From assembly GCA_963833705.1 (NCBI GenBank), contig CAWHYQ010000001.1:499583-563582 (forward strand): 64,000 nucleotides of DNA, written 5' to 3'. Source of the stretch: an uncultured Chloroflexia bacterium. GTDB lineage: Bacteria > Chloroflexota > Limnocylindria > Limnocylindrales > CSP1-4. Both the position numbers and the translations under genes were made by a program. Positions 1 to 8,777 of the stretch are shown here, piece by piece. The notes under the pieces are model-generated. The model was not told the origin of the DNA, searched no databases, and saw only the letters and a list, made by a program, of their open reading frames with translations. Each line of letters starts with the position of its first letter. Within the stretch, counting starts at the first letter, position 1.

Positions 1-350
1 CTCGAACGGCAGCGCCTGGTCGGCGAGCTCCTGGCGCTCCTTGCTCCGGCCGTTCATCGCCGTGCCGAACTGGTCCGCGATGGCCACCGACAGGAACGAC
101 GACGCGACGTACGGCCGGTCGTTGACGTACGGCTCGAGCGACGGCCCGGGCCGACGCCCGCGGACGAGTCCGACCGGATCGATGTCGAGCAGGAGCGCCG
201 CGGTGCAGCGCTCTGCCGATCGCCTCGGGATAGAAGACGTGCGACGGGCCCGAACGCCAGCGAGCGCGTGTGGACGCGACCCGGGCTCTTGTGCAGCAGG
301 TAGCCGAGGTCGGTGGCGGGCGGCTGGGTCAGCGTGATCGTCAGGAGCAT
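1..350 (-). pseudogene. hen1: 3' terminal RNA ribose 2'-O-methyltransferase Hen1, N-terminal part; two frame changes; runs off the window edge
   Basis: The ORF from 350 starts MLLTITLTQPPATDLGYLLHKSPGRV. The conserved Hen1 N-terminal sequence continues in the two other minus-strand frames: HVFYPEA from about 241, then ERCTAALLLDIDPVGLVRGRRPGPSLEPYVNDRPYVASSFLSVAIADQFGTAMNGRSKERQELADQALPFE from 213. The family assignment comes from remembered Hen1 consensus (ATDLGFLLHKHP..AHVFYPEA..RCTAALLLEVDP..YVNDRPY). Confidence 0.6.
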
Positions 351-417
351 GGGCCGGCGGATTGTCGCACGCGCCCACTAGGAGTGGCCGTTTGCGGCAA
401 TTTCGGGACGTTGGGCG

Positions 418-1023
418 TCAAACGACCCGCGCCGCGTCGCCCTCGGCGATCAGGTCGGCAAGCTGGCGGGAGGCAAGATCGGTGCGGGCAGCATCTTTGT
501 ACGACACGGAACCCACGTCGTACCACATGAACGGCGTGTGGTGGACTAATCCAAGGTCGTCGAGGGCGGCGCAGATCCCGTAGTAGTCGACCGTGGCGGG
601 GTCCCATCCGAGATCCGCGACAACGTCTCGTGCATCGATGTCGACGACGGACGCGTAGTCGCTGTGCTGGGTCTCTGACCGCCGGAGGGCGGCTTCGAGG
701 AAAGCCGCTTGCTCGGCGTCCAGGTATGGCGCGATCAGGTCTGGATAGATCGTGGAGATGGGGGCGCCGTCTCGGATCTGGCGGGTCGCGGAGGTGAAAC
801 GCACGTCATGGCGATCACGATGATCGAGCAGCCCGATTGCATCGAGGTCCTCGACGGCATGCCAGGTTGAGTCCCATCGCCCGCCAATTCCTCCTTCGTC
901 GTCAGCGTCAGGGTCGAAGTCGAGGGCATTGGCGATGTCGTCCACGCCGAGGATCGTCGAGCTGTTCGGGTTCAACCTCGCGAACGTGGTAACGACCTTC
1001 TCGACCCATTCCACGTAGTCCAC
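418..1023 (-). CDS. hypothetical acidic protein (201 aa), directly upstream of hen1
   Basis: Clean ORF with a GTG start at 1023 and GC-rich third codon positions. I recognise no family. Confidence 0.55.
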   Translation of the reverse strand: MDYVEWVEKVVTTFARLNPNSSTILGVDDIANALDFDPDADDEGGIGGRWDSTWHAVEDLDAIGLLDHRDRHDVRFTSATRQIRDGAPISTIYPDLIAPYLDAEQAAFLEAALRRSETQHSDYASVVDIDARDVVADLGWDPATVDYYGICAALDDLGLVHHTPFMWYDVGSVSYKDAARTDLASRQLADLIAEGDAARVV

Positions 1024-1029
1024 TGGCAG

Positions 1030-1035
1030 AGACTA
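1030..1035 (-). promoter_or_regulatory. -10-like hexamer TAGTCT, 6 nt upstream of the GTG start at 1023 (leaderless-type)
   Basis: The minus strand reads gcgcTAGTCTctgccaGTGgac. There is no SD sequence in between. Confidence 0.4.
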
Positions 1036-1127
1036 GCGCGACGAGGTCGTGCCCCGAGCGGCCCGGAGACGCCGGAGGGTCGGCCACTCGAATCGCGAAC
1101 TCCCGACCAAACTCCCGACCAAACGAA

Positions 1128-1151
1128 GACCCGCTGGTCACCCAGCGGGTC
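1128..1151 (-). terminator. perfect 10-bp GC-rich hairpin downstream of tRNA-Cys
   Basis: GACCCGCTGG-tcac-CCAGCGGGTC. On the minus strand it is followed by TTCGTTTGG. Confidence 0.45.
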
Positions 1152-1168
1152 GTTTCGTGCTCAGATTG

Positions 1169-1245
1169 TGGAGGCGACGACCGGATTCGAACCGGTGAAT
1201 AGAGGTTTTGCAGACCTCCGTGTTGAGCCACTTCACCACGTCGCC
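1169..1245 (-). tRNA. tRNA-Cys (GCA), CCA encoded
   Basis: Cloverleaf folded by hand: anticodon stem GAGGT/ACCTC, loop CTGCAAA, T-loop GGTTCGAATCC, 3' CCA. Confidence 0.9.
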
Positions 1246-1385
1246 AGCACGATGGAGAGTACCCGAGGCGGTCGGGCTCCGCCAGGCACGCCCAGGTTTC
1301 CAACCTCTTGACGACGCCATCGGGGACGCCTATCGTCCCGCGAGTCCTCGGAGTCACCGACCAGGCCGGTTGTGGAGGAGAGGGC

Positions 1386-2297
1386 ATGACCTGCTCGCCT
1401 CGCGACGTCGTCGACCACCGGGCGTCTTGGCTCGAAACCGACACCCCCTTCCAGCGGTTCCGCGTCGTCGCGTTGATCGTGGCGGTCGTGATCCTCGGCG
1501 GATGCAGCGCGGCGGCGTCGTCCGCTCCGGCACCGTCGGCTGTGCCGTCCTCGTCCGCCATCGAGGGGACCGTATCGTCGGCGACGGTGCCGACATCGGC
1601 GCCGCGCTCCATCAGCCCCGCGTCCGCCCCGCCACCGTCCGGCCCGACCGTGACACCCAGGCCTGCCTGCCCGAACCCCGAGGGTCAGGCCTGTCTTGGC
1701 CTGCTGAAGGCCGGGACATACCAGACGCTGTATTTCGAGCCGTCGATCAGCTACACCGTGCCGGACGGATGGCAGAACTTCGAGGACGAGACGGGCAACT
1801 TCCTGCTCGTCGCGCCCGGCTTTGATCTGGCGGGCGTGAACGCCGGCGGCAGCGACTTCATCGGGGTGTATTCCGGTGTCCGTGCGGAGAACCGGAAATG
1901 TGCCACCGACGCTGAGGCCGTCTCAGACCAGCCAGGCGTGGACAGCACGGTGACGGCGCTCGCCAAGGAATTCGCGAGCCGGCCCGGCCTCGTAACCACG
2001 AAGCCTGCCAAGGCGTCCGTCGGCGGCCTGAACGGCGTGGTCATGGACATCCATCTCGACCCGCATTGGACCGGGACCTGCTTCTATGCGCCGACCGAGG
2101 GCGCGCCGATCGTCCAACTCCTTGGCGGGACGGGGACATCGAGCCTCGACCACCCGCTGGTCAAGGACCTGTACATGCGGCTGTACCTGCTCGAGTACAA
2201 GGGAGGGGCGCTGGGCATCGAGGTCGACGACTTCGCGAAGGGCGCCCATCTCGACACCTACTCGGCGATCATCGACCAGTTCAACTTCCGATCCTGA
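1386..2297 (+). CDS. putative lipoprotein of unknown function
   Basis: The internal ATG at 1386 is preceded by GGAGGAGAGGGC. The N-terminus has a hydrophobic segment and an ILGGC lipobox. The longer track ORF starts at 1308. Confidence 0.6.
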   Translation: MTCSPRDVVDHRASWLETDTPFQRFRVVALIVAVVILGGCSAAASSAPAPSAVPSSSAIEGTVSSATVPTSAPRSISPASAPPPSGPTVTPRPACPNPEGQACLGLLKAGTYQTLYFEPSISYTVPDGWQNFEDETGNFLLVAPGFDLAGVNAGGSDFIGVYSGVRAENRKCATDAEAVSDQPGVDSTVTALAKEFASRPGLVTTKPAKASVGGLNGVVMDIHLDPHWTGTCFYAPTEGAPIVQLLGGTGTSSLDHPLVKDLYMRLYLLEYKGGALGIEVDDFAKGAHLDTYSAIIDQFNFRS

Positions 2298-2318
2298 CCC
2301 GCCGGCCCCGTGATTTCT

Positions 2319-2394
2319 TGGCTGCCCCTCGAGGGTTCGAACCTCGGTTCACGGATTCAAAGTCCGCTGTCCTACCACTAGACGAAGGGGCAGC
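2319..2394 (-). tRNA. tRNA-Gln (TTG), CCA encoded
   Basis: Anticodon loop CTTTGAA, T-loop GGTTCGAACC, 3' CCA. Confidence 0.9.
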
Positions 2395-2407
2395 GGTCCG
2401 AGAGGAA

Positions 2408-2483
2408 TGGAGCGGAAGACGGGACTCGAACCCGCGACCCTCACCTTGGCAAGGTGATGCTCTACCAACTGAGCCACTTCCGC
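2408..2483 (-). tRNA. tRNA-Gly (GCC), CCA encoded
   Basis: Anticodon stem TCACC/GGTGA, loop TTGCCAA, T-loop GGTTCGAGTCC. Confidence 0.9.
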
Positions 2484-2505
2484 TTGAGATCCGCCCACCC
2501 GTAGG

Positions 2506-2581
2506 TGGTGCCGAGAGCCAGGATCGAACTGGCGACACCGCGATTTTCAGTCGCGTGCTCTACCAACTGAGCTATCTCGGC
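2506..2581 (-). tRNA. tRNA-Phe (GAA), CCA encoded
   Basis: Anticodon stem CGCGA/TCGCG, loop CTGAAAA, T-loop AGTTCGATCCT. Confidence 0.9.
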
Positions 2582-2690
2582 CCGATGGCCAACCAGCCGT
2601 CGGCTGCCCGTCGGCGGGTGGAACGATACCACGGGCCTCGCGAGGCCAGCAACGCCGGGCACCGCCTTGCGCGTGCTCAGGCGCGCGTGC

Positions 2691-4193
2691 TCAGGCGACG
2701 CCGACCGCGAGTTCGGACGACTCCTCCTGCCGCCCGGCGGGGAGCAGGAACGCCGCGACGAGTCCGATGACGGCGAACGCCCCGAGGACCACGATCGCGA
2801 GACCGTAACCAGCGTTGCCCGTCACGAGCGGCGACAGGATCACGGTCCCGGCGATCGCGACACCCAGCGACGATCCGAGGTTCGAAACACTCCGTGACAG
2901 GCCCGAGATCTCACCCTGGTCCGCTTCGCCGAAACTGGACTGGACGACGTTGACCGACGATGTCAGCATCACGCCGACCCCGAGTCCGACGACGAGCAAC
3001 CCGGGGGCGAGCGCCAGGACGCCGGCGCTTCCCCCGCCCAGCCAGAGCAGGAGAGCCAGGCCCGCGATCGTCGCGATGAACCCGCCCCGGATGAGGATCG
3101 GTTGCGAATATCGCTGGGCGAGCCTGCCCGCTGACATCGACGACACGAGGATGCCGATGGTCGCCGGCGTCAGGATCAGTCCGGTCTCGATCGCGTTGTA
3201 GCCGCGCACGGTTTGCAGGAAGACGGACACGACGAACGAGAGGCCGAGGAGCACGAGCCACTGGATGCTCTGGGTGACGAGGCCGAGGTTGGAGGTGCGG
3301 TTCCGGAACATCCGGATCGGCAGCAGCGGCTCCTTTCCACCCCGCTCCATCGACCGGATATGCCAGAAGAACCAGGCCAGGAGCAGGGCGCCGATGAGCA
3401 CGAACAGCCAGACCGGCGAGATGCCGCCTTCGGGGATGACGACGATCCCGCCGATGGTGAAGGCCTGGGCGGCGGTGAACCAGCCATACGTGCCAGCCTG
3501 CAGGATGCCAACGACGATGAAGAACAATCCGGCCGCAGACAGGATCGCCCCGACGAGGTCGAAGGTGGGCGTCTCACCCTGCCGCTTCGGCTCCACGATC
3601 CGCCGGCCGAGGATGACGATCCCCGCCACGACCAGTGCCTGGACGACGAACGACACGCGCCAGCTGGTCGTGGTCGTGATCAGACCTCCGATCAACGGGC
3701 CCGCCGCTGCGCCGATGCCGCCCGCCGCGCTGATGGAACCGAACGCCCGCGCCCGCGACGTGACATCGGCGAAGAACAGCGTCGCCAGGATGTAGACCGG
3801 CGGAATCAGCAGGGCCGTGCCGATCCCCTGCAGCAGCGAGTAGCCGACGATCAGCAAGCCGATACCCGGCGCCGCCGCTGCGATCAACGCTCCGGTGCCG
3901 TACACGATCAGGCCGACCGTGAAGCACGCCTTCCGACCGAAGATGTCCGACAACCGGCTGGCGGGGATCATCAAGGCGGCCATGGTCAGTGTGAACACGG
4001 TGATGGCCACCTGGACGCCGCCCACCGTGGTGCCGAGATCCGTGGCGACCTGGCTGATCGCGACGTTCATGCTTGACGCCGCGTAACTGCAGATGAACTG
4101 CGCCAGAACCAGCGGCAGCAGCATCGCCTGCGCACTGACGGTCGGGCTCGACGCCGTGGCGTCGACTCGGCTGTCCACCGATCTACTTTCCAC
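2691..4193 (-). CDS. MFS transporter, DHA2 (EmrB/QacA-like, 14-TMS) family
   Basis: 500 aa and highly hydrophobic. It has an N-terminal MFS signature region (SRLSDIFGRK) and a 14-helix pattern. Its start overlaps the end of htpX. Confidence 0.8.
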   Translation of the reverse strand: MESRSVDSRVDATASSPTVSAQAMLLPLVLAQFICSYAASSMNVAISQVATDLGTTVGGVQVAITVFTLTMAALMIPASRLSDIFGRKACFTVGLIVYGTGALIAAAAPGIGLLIVGYSLLQGIGTALLIPPVYILATLFFADVTSRARAFGSISAAGGIGAAAGPLIGGLITTTTSWRVSFVVQALVVAGIVILGRRIVEPKRQGETPTFDLVGAILSAAGLFFIVVGILQAGTYGWFTAAQAFTIGGIVVIPEGGISPVWLFVLIGALLLAWFFWHIRSMERGGKEPLLPIRMFRNRTSNLGLVTQSIQWLVLLGLSFVVSVFLQTVRGYNAIETGLILTPATIGILVSSMSAGRLAQRYSQPILIRGGFIATIAGLALLLWLGGGSAGVLALAPGLLVVGLGVGVMLTSSVNVVQSSFGEADQGEISGLSRSVSNLGSSLGVAIAGTVILSPLVTGNAGYGLAIVVLGAFAVIGLVAAFLLPAGRQEESSELAVGVA

Positions 4194-5154
4194 CTGCGCT
4201 TGCCGCCCCTTCGACCGACCCGAGCGGTGCCTCGCCGGTCAATGCGCGCAGCCGGTTGATCCGATCGAGGATCGGCGGATGCGTGTCCATCAGGCCCGAC
4301 GACCGAGCCTCGAACTTCTTGATCGGGTTGGTGAAATACATGTGTTGGGTCCCGCGATTGGCGACCTCGAGGACCTCCTGATCCGACGAGATCTTGGCCA
4401 ATGCGCGTTCCAGCCCATACGGGTTGCGAGTCAGCTCGACCGCCGAGGCGTCGGCCAGGTACTCGCGCTGCCGGCTGACGGCGAGTTGGATGAACCGGCT
4501 GATGAGCGGCGCGAGGATGGCCAGGATGATGGCGATGATCGTGACCACGACCTGGGCCCCGTTGCCGCCGCTCTCGCGGTTCGAGCGCCGCCCGACACCG
4601 CTCCAGAACGTGAAGCGGAGGAAGAAGTCGGCCAGGATCGCGATGGCGCCGACCATCACGCCGACGATCAGGGAGAAGCGGATGTCGAGGTTGCGCACGT
4701 GCGACAGCTCGTGGGCGAGGACACCCTGGAGTTCCTCGCGGTCGAGCTTCTCGAGCAGCCCGGTCGTGATCGCGACAGACGCGTGGGCCGGATCTCGACC
4801 CGTGGCGAAGGCGTTTGGCGCGGTGTCGTCGATCGTGTAGACGGTGGGCATCGGCACGTTCGCGGCCACCGCGATCTCGCGCACGACGTTCATCAGCTGC
4901 GGGCTCGCGGACTCATCGACCCGTCTCGCGCCACTGACCGCGAGGACGAGCTTGTCGCCCGCGTAGTAGCTCCCGAGCCCCGAGATCCCGCCGATGCCGA
5001 GCGCGAGGGCCATCGCCCCGACGCCGCCCGCCGGCGACCCGACGATGGCGTAGCCCACCGTGAACCCGAGCAGCCCGAACAGGATGACGATGAACCCCGC
5101 CAGCAGGAATGAGTTGCGGCGGTTCTCCGAGACCTGGTCGTAGAAGGTGGCCAC
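4183..5154 (-). CDS. htpX: zinc metalloprotease HtpX homolog (peptidase M48)
   Basis: HELSHVRNLD (HEXXH) motif, N-terminal TM helices, typical HtpX length. Confidence 0.9.
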   Translation of the reverse strand: MATFYDQVSENRRNSFLLAGFIVILFGLLGFTVGYAIVGSPAGGVGAMALALGIGGISGLGSYYAGDKLVLAVSGARRVDESASPQLMNVVREIAVAANVPMPTVYTIDDTAPNAFATGRDPAHASVAITTGLLEKLDREELQGVLAHELSHVRNLDIRFSLIVGVMVGAIAILADFFLRFTFWSGVGRRSNRESGGNGAQVVVTIIAIILAILAPLISRFIQLAVSRQREYLADASAVELTRNPYGLERALAKISSDQEVLEVANRGTQHMYFTNPIKKFEARSSGLMDTHPPILDRINRLRALTGEAPLGSVEGAASAGGK

Positions 5155-5176
5155 GGTCAGTTCCCGCGGCGCGTGG

Positions 5177-5746
5177 TCAGCTCAGGCTGAGGTCGACGGT
5201 CGGAGTGACCTCCGCCTCGGGCTCGGCGTCGAAGAATTCGCGCTTGGTGAAGCCAAGCATCCCCGCGACCAGAACGGCCGGGAACGTCGCGATCCCGGTG
5301 TTGTAGTCGAGCACGGTGGCGTTGTAGTGCTGGCGCGAGAAGGAGATCTGGTTCTCCGTGGTGGTCAGCTGCTCCTGGAGGGCCAGCACGTTCTCGTTGG
5401 CCTTCAGTTCCGGATAGTTCTCGACGACCGCGAAGAGCGACCGCAGCGTGCCGGTGAGGGCGTTCTCCGCGGCGGCCTGCTGGGCCGGACCCTGGGCGCC
5501 GGCGCTGACCGCGGCCGCTCGGGCGTTCGTGACGTCGGTCAGGACCTTCTGCTCGAACCCCATGTAGCCCTTGACGGCGTTCACGAGGTTCGGGATCAGG
5601 TCGTGGCGGCGCTTCAGTTGGACTTCGATCTGGGCGAACGCCTCGTCGACGCGCAGTCGCCGCTGGACCAGGCCGTTGTAGAGGAGGATGAGGAAGACGA
5701 CCAGGAGGACGACGATCACGAGGCCGATGATCAATGCTGGATTCAT
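5177..5746 (-). CDS. lemA: LemA family protein
   Basis: The N-terminal TM helix followed by LYNGLVQRRLRVDEAFAQIEVQLKRRHDLIPNLV is characteristic of LemA. SD GGAGGAG lies upstream. Confidence 0.9.
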   Translation of the reverse strand: MNPALIIGLVIVVLLVVFLILLYNGLVQRRLRVDEAFAQIEVQLKRRHDLIPNLVNAVKGYMGFEQKVLTDVTNARAAAVSAGAQGPAQQAAAENALTGTLRSLFAVVENYPELKANENVLALQEQLTTTENQISFSRQHYNATVLDYNTGIATFPAVLVAGMLGFTKREFFDAEPEAEVTPTVDLSLS

Positions 5747-5791
5747 GCAACTCCTCCGGACGGATCAACGCTGGTCGAGCGCGTTCCCCTG

Positions 5792-5797
5792 AGTCTA
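5792..5797 (-). promoter_or_regulatory. -10-like TGCTAGACT upstream of lemA (leadered; SD present)
   Basis: The minus strand reads gcTGCTAGACTcagg about 45 nt upstream of the lemA ATG. The same 9-mer occurs upstream of uvrB and the ECF sigma gene. Confidence 0.4.
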
Positions 5798-5841
5798 GCA
5801 GCGTCGTGCCCGCCCCCGGAATGCCCCGTTCAGGAACGTCG

Positions 5842-6282
5842 TCACAGCGGCAGGAGGACGGCGGCGATCGCCACGACGATCCCGATGCCGAGGCTCGCGA
5901 ACCCGATGCGGCTGGCCCGGGCGCGATCGCGCGACCGCGCGTTGGCGTCGGCCACCTGCTCGGTCTCGCCCACGGGCCCGAAGTTGAAGACGCCCCGAGA
6001 GCCAAAGCCGGCACAGAACTTGAACCACGCCTGGAGATAGCCCGACGCTGCGCCGGCGGCGGGGATCCCGACGAGCAGCCGGGTGATCGGCGGTGCGCCG
6101 ATGACGACGAGACCGACCAGGAGCGCGACGGTCGCGATGAGTCCGGCGTGTCCGGCTCGACGCCGCCGACGGATCTCCTCCGGACCGATGTTGCAGACGC
6201 CCGGCTGGTACTCGGTCCCTGTGATCGGCGTGCCTGTGGCGCCGGCCCCCGGTGCACTTGCGCCGAATGCGGCGAACGTCAT
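5842..6282 (-). CDS. hypothetical membrane protein
   Basis: The internal ATG at 6282 is preceded by AGGAGCACGCC. The protein has two or three hydrophobic segments. The track ORF extends to 6342. Confidence 0.5.
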   Translation of the reverse strand: MTFAAFGASAPGAGATGTPITGTEYQPGVCNIGPEEIRRRRRAGHAGLIATVALLVGLVVIGAPPITRLLVGIPAAGAASGYLQAWFKFCAGFGSRGVFNFGPVGETEQVADANARSRDRARASRIGFASLGIGIVVAIAAVLLPL

Positions 6283-6368
6283 GGCGTGCTCCTGGTTGCG
6301 TGTGCAACGAGGATATCCCTGGACCGCCGAATGGGCGGTCACCGACCCCCGCGGCGATCGGAGGGTCG

Positions 6369-6442
6369 TGGGCGGTACTGGGTTCGAACCAGTGACTTCC
6401 TCGGTGTAAGCGAGGCGCTCTGACCAGCTGAGCTAACCGCCC
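6369..6442 (-). tRNA. tRNA-Val (TAC), no encoded CCA
   Basis: Acceptor GGGCGGT/ACCGCCC, anticodon stem CCTCG/CGAGG, loop CTTACAC. The 3' end continues A-CGA rather than CCA. Confidence 0.85.
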
Positions 6443-6492
6443 GCGGACAGCATAACGACGCCGCGCCGGCGACGGTCGTGGAGTCAGCGAGG

Positions 6493-6577
6493 TGGTGCCC
6501 AGGCCGGGACTTGAACCCGGATGAGTTGCCTCATACGCCCCTCAAACGTACGCGTATACCAATTCCGCCACCTGGGC
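6493..6577 (-). tRNA. tRNA-Leu (GAG), long variable arm, CCA encoded
   Basis: Anticodon loop TTGAGGG, variable arm, T-loop GGTTCAAGTCC. Confidence 0.85.
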
Positions 6578-6617
6578 TAGAGGTGTCGCCGCGATCCATG
6601 GTCCACGTTCGAGGGCT

Positions 6618-6704
6618 TGGTACCGAGGAAGGGATTTGAACCCATACGCCCTTGCGGACACTAGCTCCTGAAGCTAGCGCGTCTACCAGTTCCGCCACCT
6701 CGGC
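6618..6704 (-). tRNA. tRNA-Leu (CAG), long variable arm, CCA encoded
   Basis: Anticodon stem CTAGC/GCTAG, loop TTCAGGA, T-loop GGTTCAAATCC. Confidence 0.85.
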
Positions 6705-6723
6705 GTGGACCGTGCGCGACCGC

Positions 6724-8460
6724 TTACCGGCCCGCAGCGAGGCGCCATGTTAGCACATCCCAAAATCGATCAGCCGGGTCGGAGACTTGGCGGACGACCG
6801 GTCCCTGGACACTGTCGCGGACGGCGATCGACTCGTCGGCGAAGACCAGCGGGAGCACGTAGCGACCCTTGGCGAGCTGCTTCTGCAGGGCCGAGTAGGC
6901 GGCCACGCGGGTCTCCATCGCCCCGGGTCCGCGAGCCGACACGAGCAGCTTGTCCAATGCCGGGTCCTGGAGCCCGATGATGTTGGAACCACCGGTCCGG
7001 GTCTGGCTGGAGGCCATCAGTGGGTAGAGGTCGGGGTCCATCCCGATGTTGACGTCCGCGACGGCGGCGTCGAATTCACCCGTCGCCAGGCGACCGGCCG
7101 CGAACTCTCCTGGCGCGAGCGCCCGATGCGTCACGGTCAACCCGATGCGCTTCCAGTCGCCCGCGACGGCGTCGGCGGCGGCGAAGGCGCCCGGGTTCGA
7201 CGCCTCGTCGGGACTCAGGAGCTCGATCTTGACCGGCGTCTTGCCCTTGGGCAGCCGCCAGCCATCGTCGGCCAGGGTCCAACCGGCCTTCTTGAGAGCG
7301 GCGCGTGCCGCCGTCCGGTCGTATCTGACCGGCGGATCCGCCGACGGATCGTAGAGCGCCGATGCCGGCGGGATCGGGCCCGTCGCCGCGCCGGCGCTCA
7401 TCGCGAACGCGTCGTCGATGAGCGTCGTCCGATCGATCGCGGAGAGGAGCGCCGTGCGCACGGCGGGGTCGGCGAACTCGGGATGATCGGGGCGCAGGTT
7501 GAGCAGGACCGCGGTCAGGGTCGACCCCGGGTAGCGAAGGATCCGGCTCCCGGTCAGGGATCCGAGGTTCCGGGTGAGCGCCGGCGACAACCCGGACGCG
7601 GCGTCCAGGTCGCCATGCTCGTAGGCCGCGCCGAGTGCCTCCGGATCGTCGAAGAACCGGAATTCGATGCCGGACAGGTACGGGACGGGCCGATCGGGTC
7701 GGATGGTCGGCCCGGCCGTCGCGAGCGAATCGGTCTCGAGCGGGGACGGCCCTGCCGACGGTCCGGCGTCCCCGACGAGCGTGACCGCCGGGACGAGCAC
7801 GGCCTCGGCCGCATCGAGTCGGACCAGGGCGAACGGCCCGGTGCCGACCGGTTGCTGGCCGAACGGGTCGGTTGCGAGTTGTGCCACGGGCACGTTGCCG
7901 AGCAGATGGACGGGCGCGATCGGCTGGGTCGCCGCCTGGAGGAACCCGCCCAACGGCGTGGCCAGCGTGAAGATGACGGTCCCGGTCCCCTCGGTCCGCA
8001 CGTTGACCTCGTTCCACGATCCCGCGGCCGGCCCCGAGTAGCCTGGATCCTGGAGCGTCTGGATGGTGAACGCGACGTCGTCCGCAGTGACGGGTTCGCC
8101 GTCCTGCCAGCGGGCGTCGGGGCGCAACTCGAAGGTCCAGACCGATCCCGAATCGTCGACCGACCAGCGTTCCGCCAGGTCGGGCACGATCGTCCCGGAT
8201 GGGCCGTTGCGGACGAGGCCCGAGAAGAGGAGCGACACGAGGTCGCGGTCCGCCTGCGTGCGGGCCGTCAGTGGGCTCACCGAATCCGGATGCCCGAGGA
8301 CGCCTTCACGGTACGGGCGGGCCTCGATGGGAGGGAGACCCTGGCTCGGCGTGGCGGACGGCGACGGGGTCGGCAGCAGCGCGGGGACACCGACGAGGCC
8401 CGCGATGAACGCGAACATCACGACGAGGGTCCCGACGACGAGCGTGTCGGTACGGGTCAT
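6724..8460 (-). CDS. ABC transporter substrate-binding protein, family 5 (peptide/nickel type), orphan
   Basis: N-terminal anchor and a Pro/Ser linker, followed by the typical SBP_bac_5 region ERWSVDDSGSVWTFELRPDARWQDGEPVTADDVAFT. There are no adjacent permease or ATPase genes. Confidence 0.8.
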   Translation of the reverse strand: MTRTDTLVVGTLVVMFAFIAGLVGVPALLPTPSPSATPSQGLPPIEARPYREGVLGHPDSVSPLTARTQADRDLVSLLFSGLVRNGPSGTIVPDLAERWSVDDSGSVWTFELRPDARWQDGEPVTADDVAFTIQTLQDPGYSGPAAGSWNEVNVRTEGTGTVIFTLATPLGGFLQAATQPIAPVHLLGNVPVAQLATDPFGQQPVGTGPFALVRLDAAEAVLVPAVTLVGDAGPSAGPSPLETDSLATAGPTIRPDRPVPYLSGIEFRFFDDPEALGAAYEHGDLDAASGLSPALTRNLGSLTGSRILRYPGSTLTAVLLNLRPDHPEFADPAVRTALLSAIDRTTLIDDAFAMSAGAATGPIPPASALYDPSADPPVRYDRTAARAALKKAGWTLADDGWRLPKGKTPVKIELLSPDEASNPGAFAAADAVAGDWKRIGLTVTHRALAPGEFAAGRLATGEFDAAVADVNIGMDPDLYPLMASSQTRTGGSNIIGLQDPALDKLLVSARGPGAMETRVAAYSALQKQLAKGRYVLPLVFADESIAVRDSVQGPVVRQVSDPADRFWDVLTWRLAAGR

Positions 8461-8508
8461 CGAGCTCCGAACGTTGAGTTCGTCGCGGTGGGCCGCCGCG
8501 ACACCCCG

Positions 8509-8739
8509 TCAGGCGGCTGCGGGGGCCAGTGCGAACGAAGCGAGGGAGAAGAGCACGAACAGCACGAGCAGGACGATCGTGAACTGCCACAGGCGGCGCT
8601 CGACGCCCCGGCGGCTTCGGTACACGGCGGAATCGCCACCGAATGTCCCGGACAGGCCGGTCCCCCGTGCCTGCAACAGGATCGCCACGATGAGCGCGAT
8701 GCTCACGATGATCTGGCCGATCGCCAGAAGGGGATTCAT
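8509..8739 (-). CDS. secG: preprotein translocase subunit SecG
   Basis: 76 aa with two TM segments. LLQARGTGLSGTFGG is the SecG signature region. Confidence 0.85.
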   Translation of the reverse strand: MNPLLAIGQIIVSIALIVAILLQARGTGLSGTFGGDSAVYRSRRGVERRLWQFTIVLLVLFVLFSLASFALAPAAA

Positions 8740-8777
8740 GGATCAAGCTCCTCGGAACGCTTCGGCGTCGGATGCTA

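Noticed and set aside
1169-6704. Possible integrated genomic island between the tRNA clusters (Cys; Gln-Gly-Phe; Val-Leu-Leu).
   Set aside because: I saw no integrase, recombinase, transposase or direct repeat of a tRNA 3' end. The intervening genes (lipoprotein, MFS, htpX, lemA) have the same GC-rich codon style as the rest of the window.
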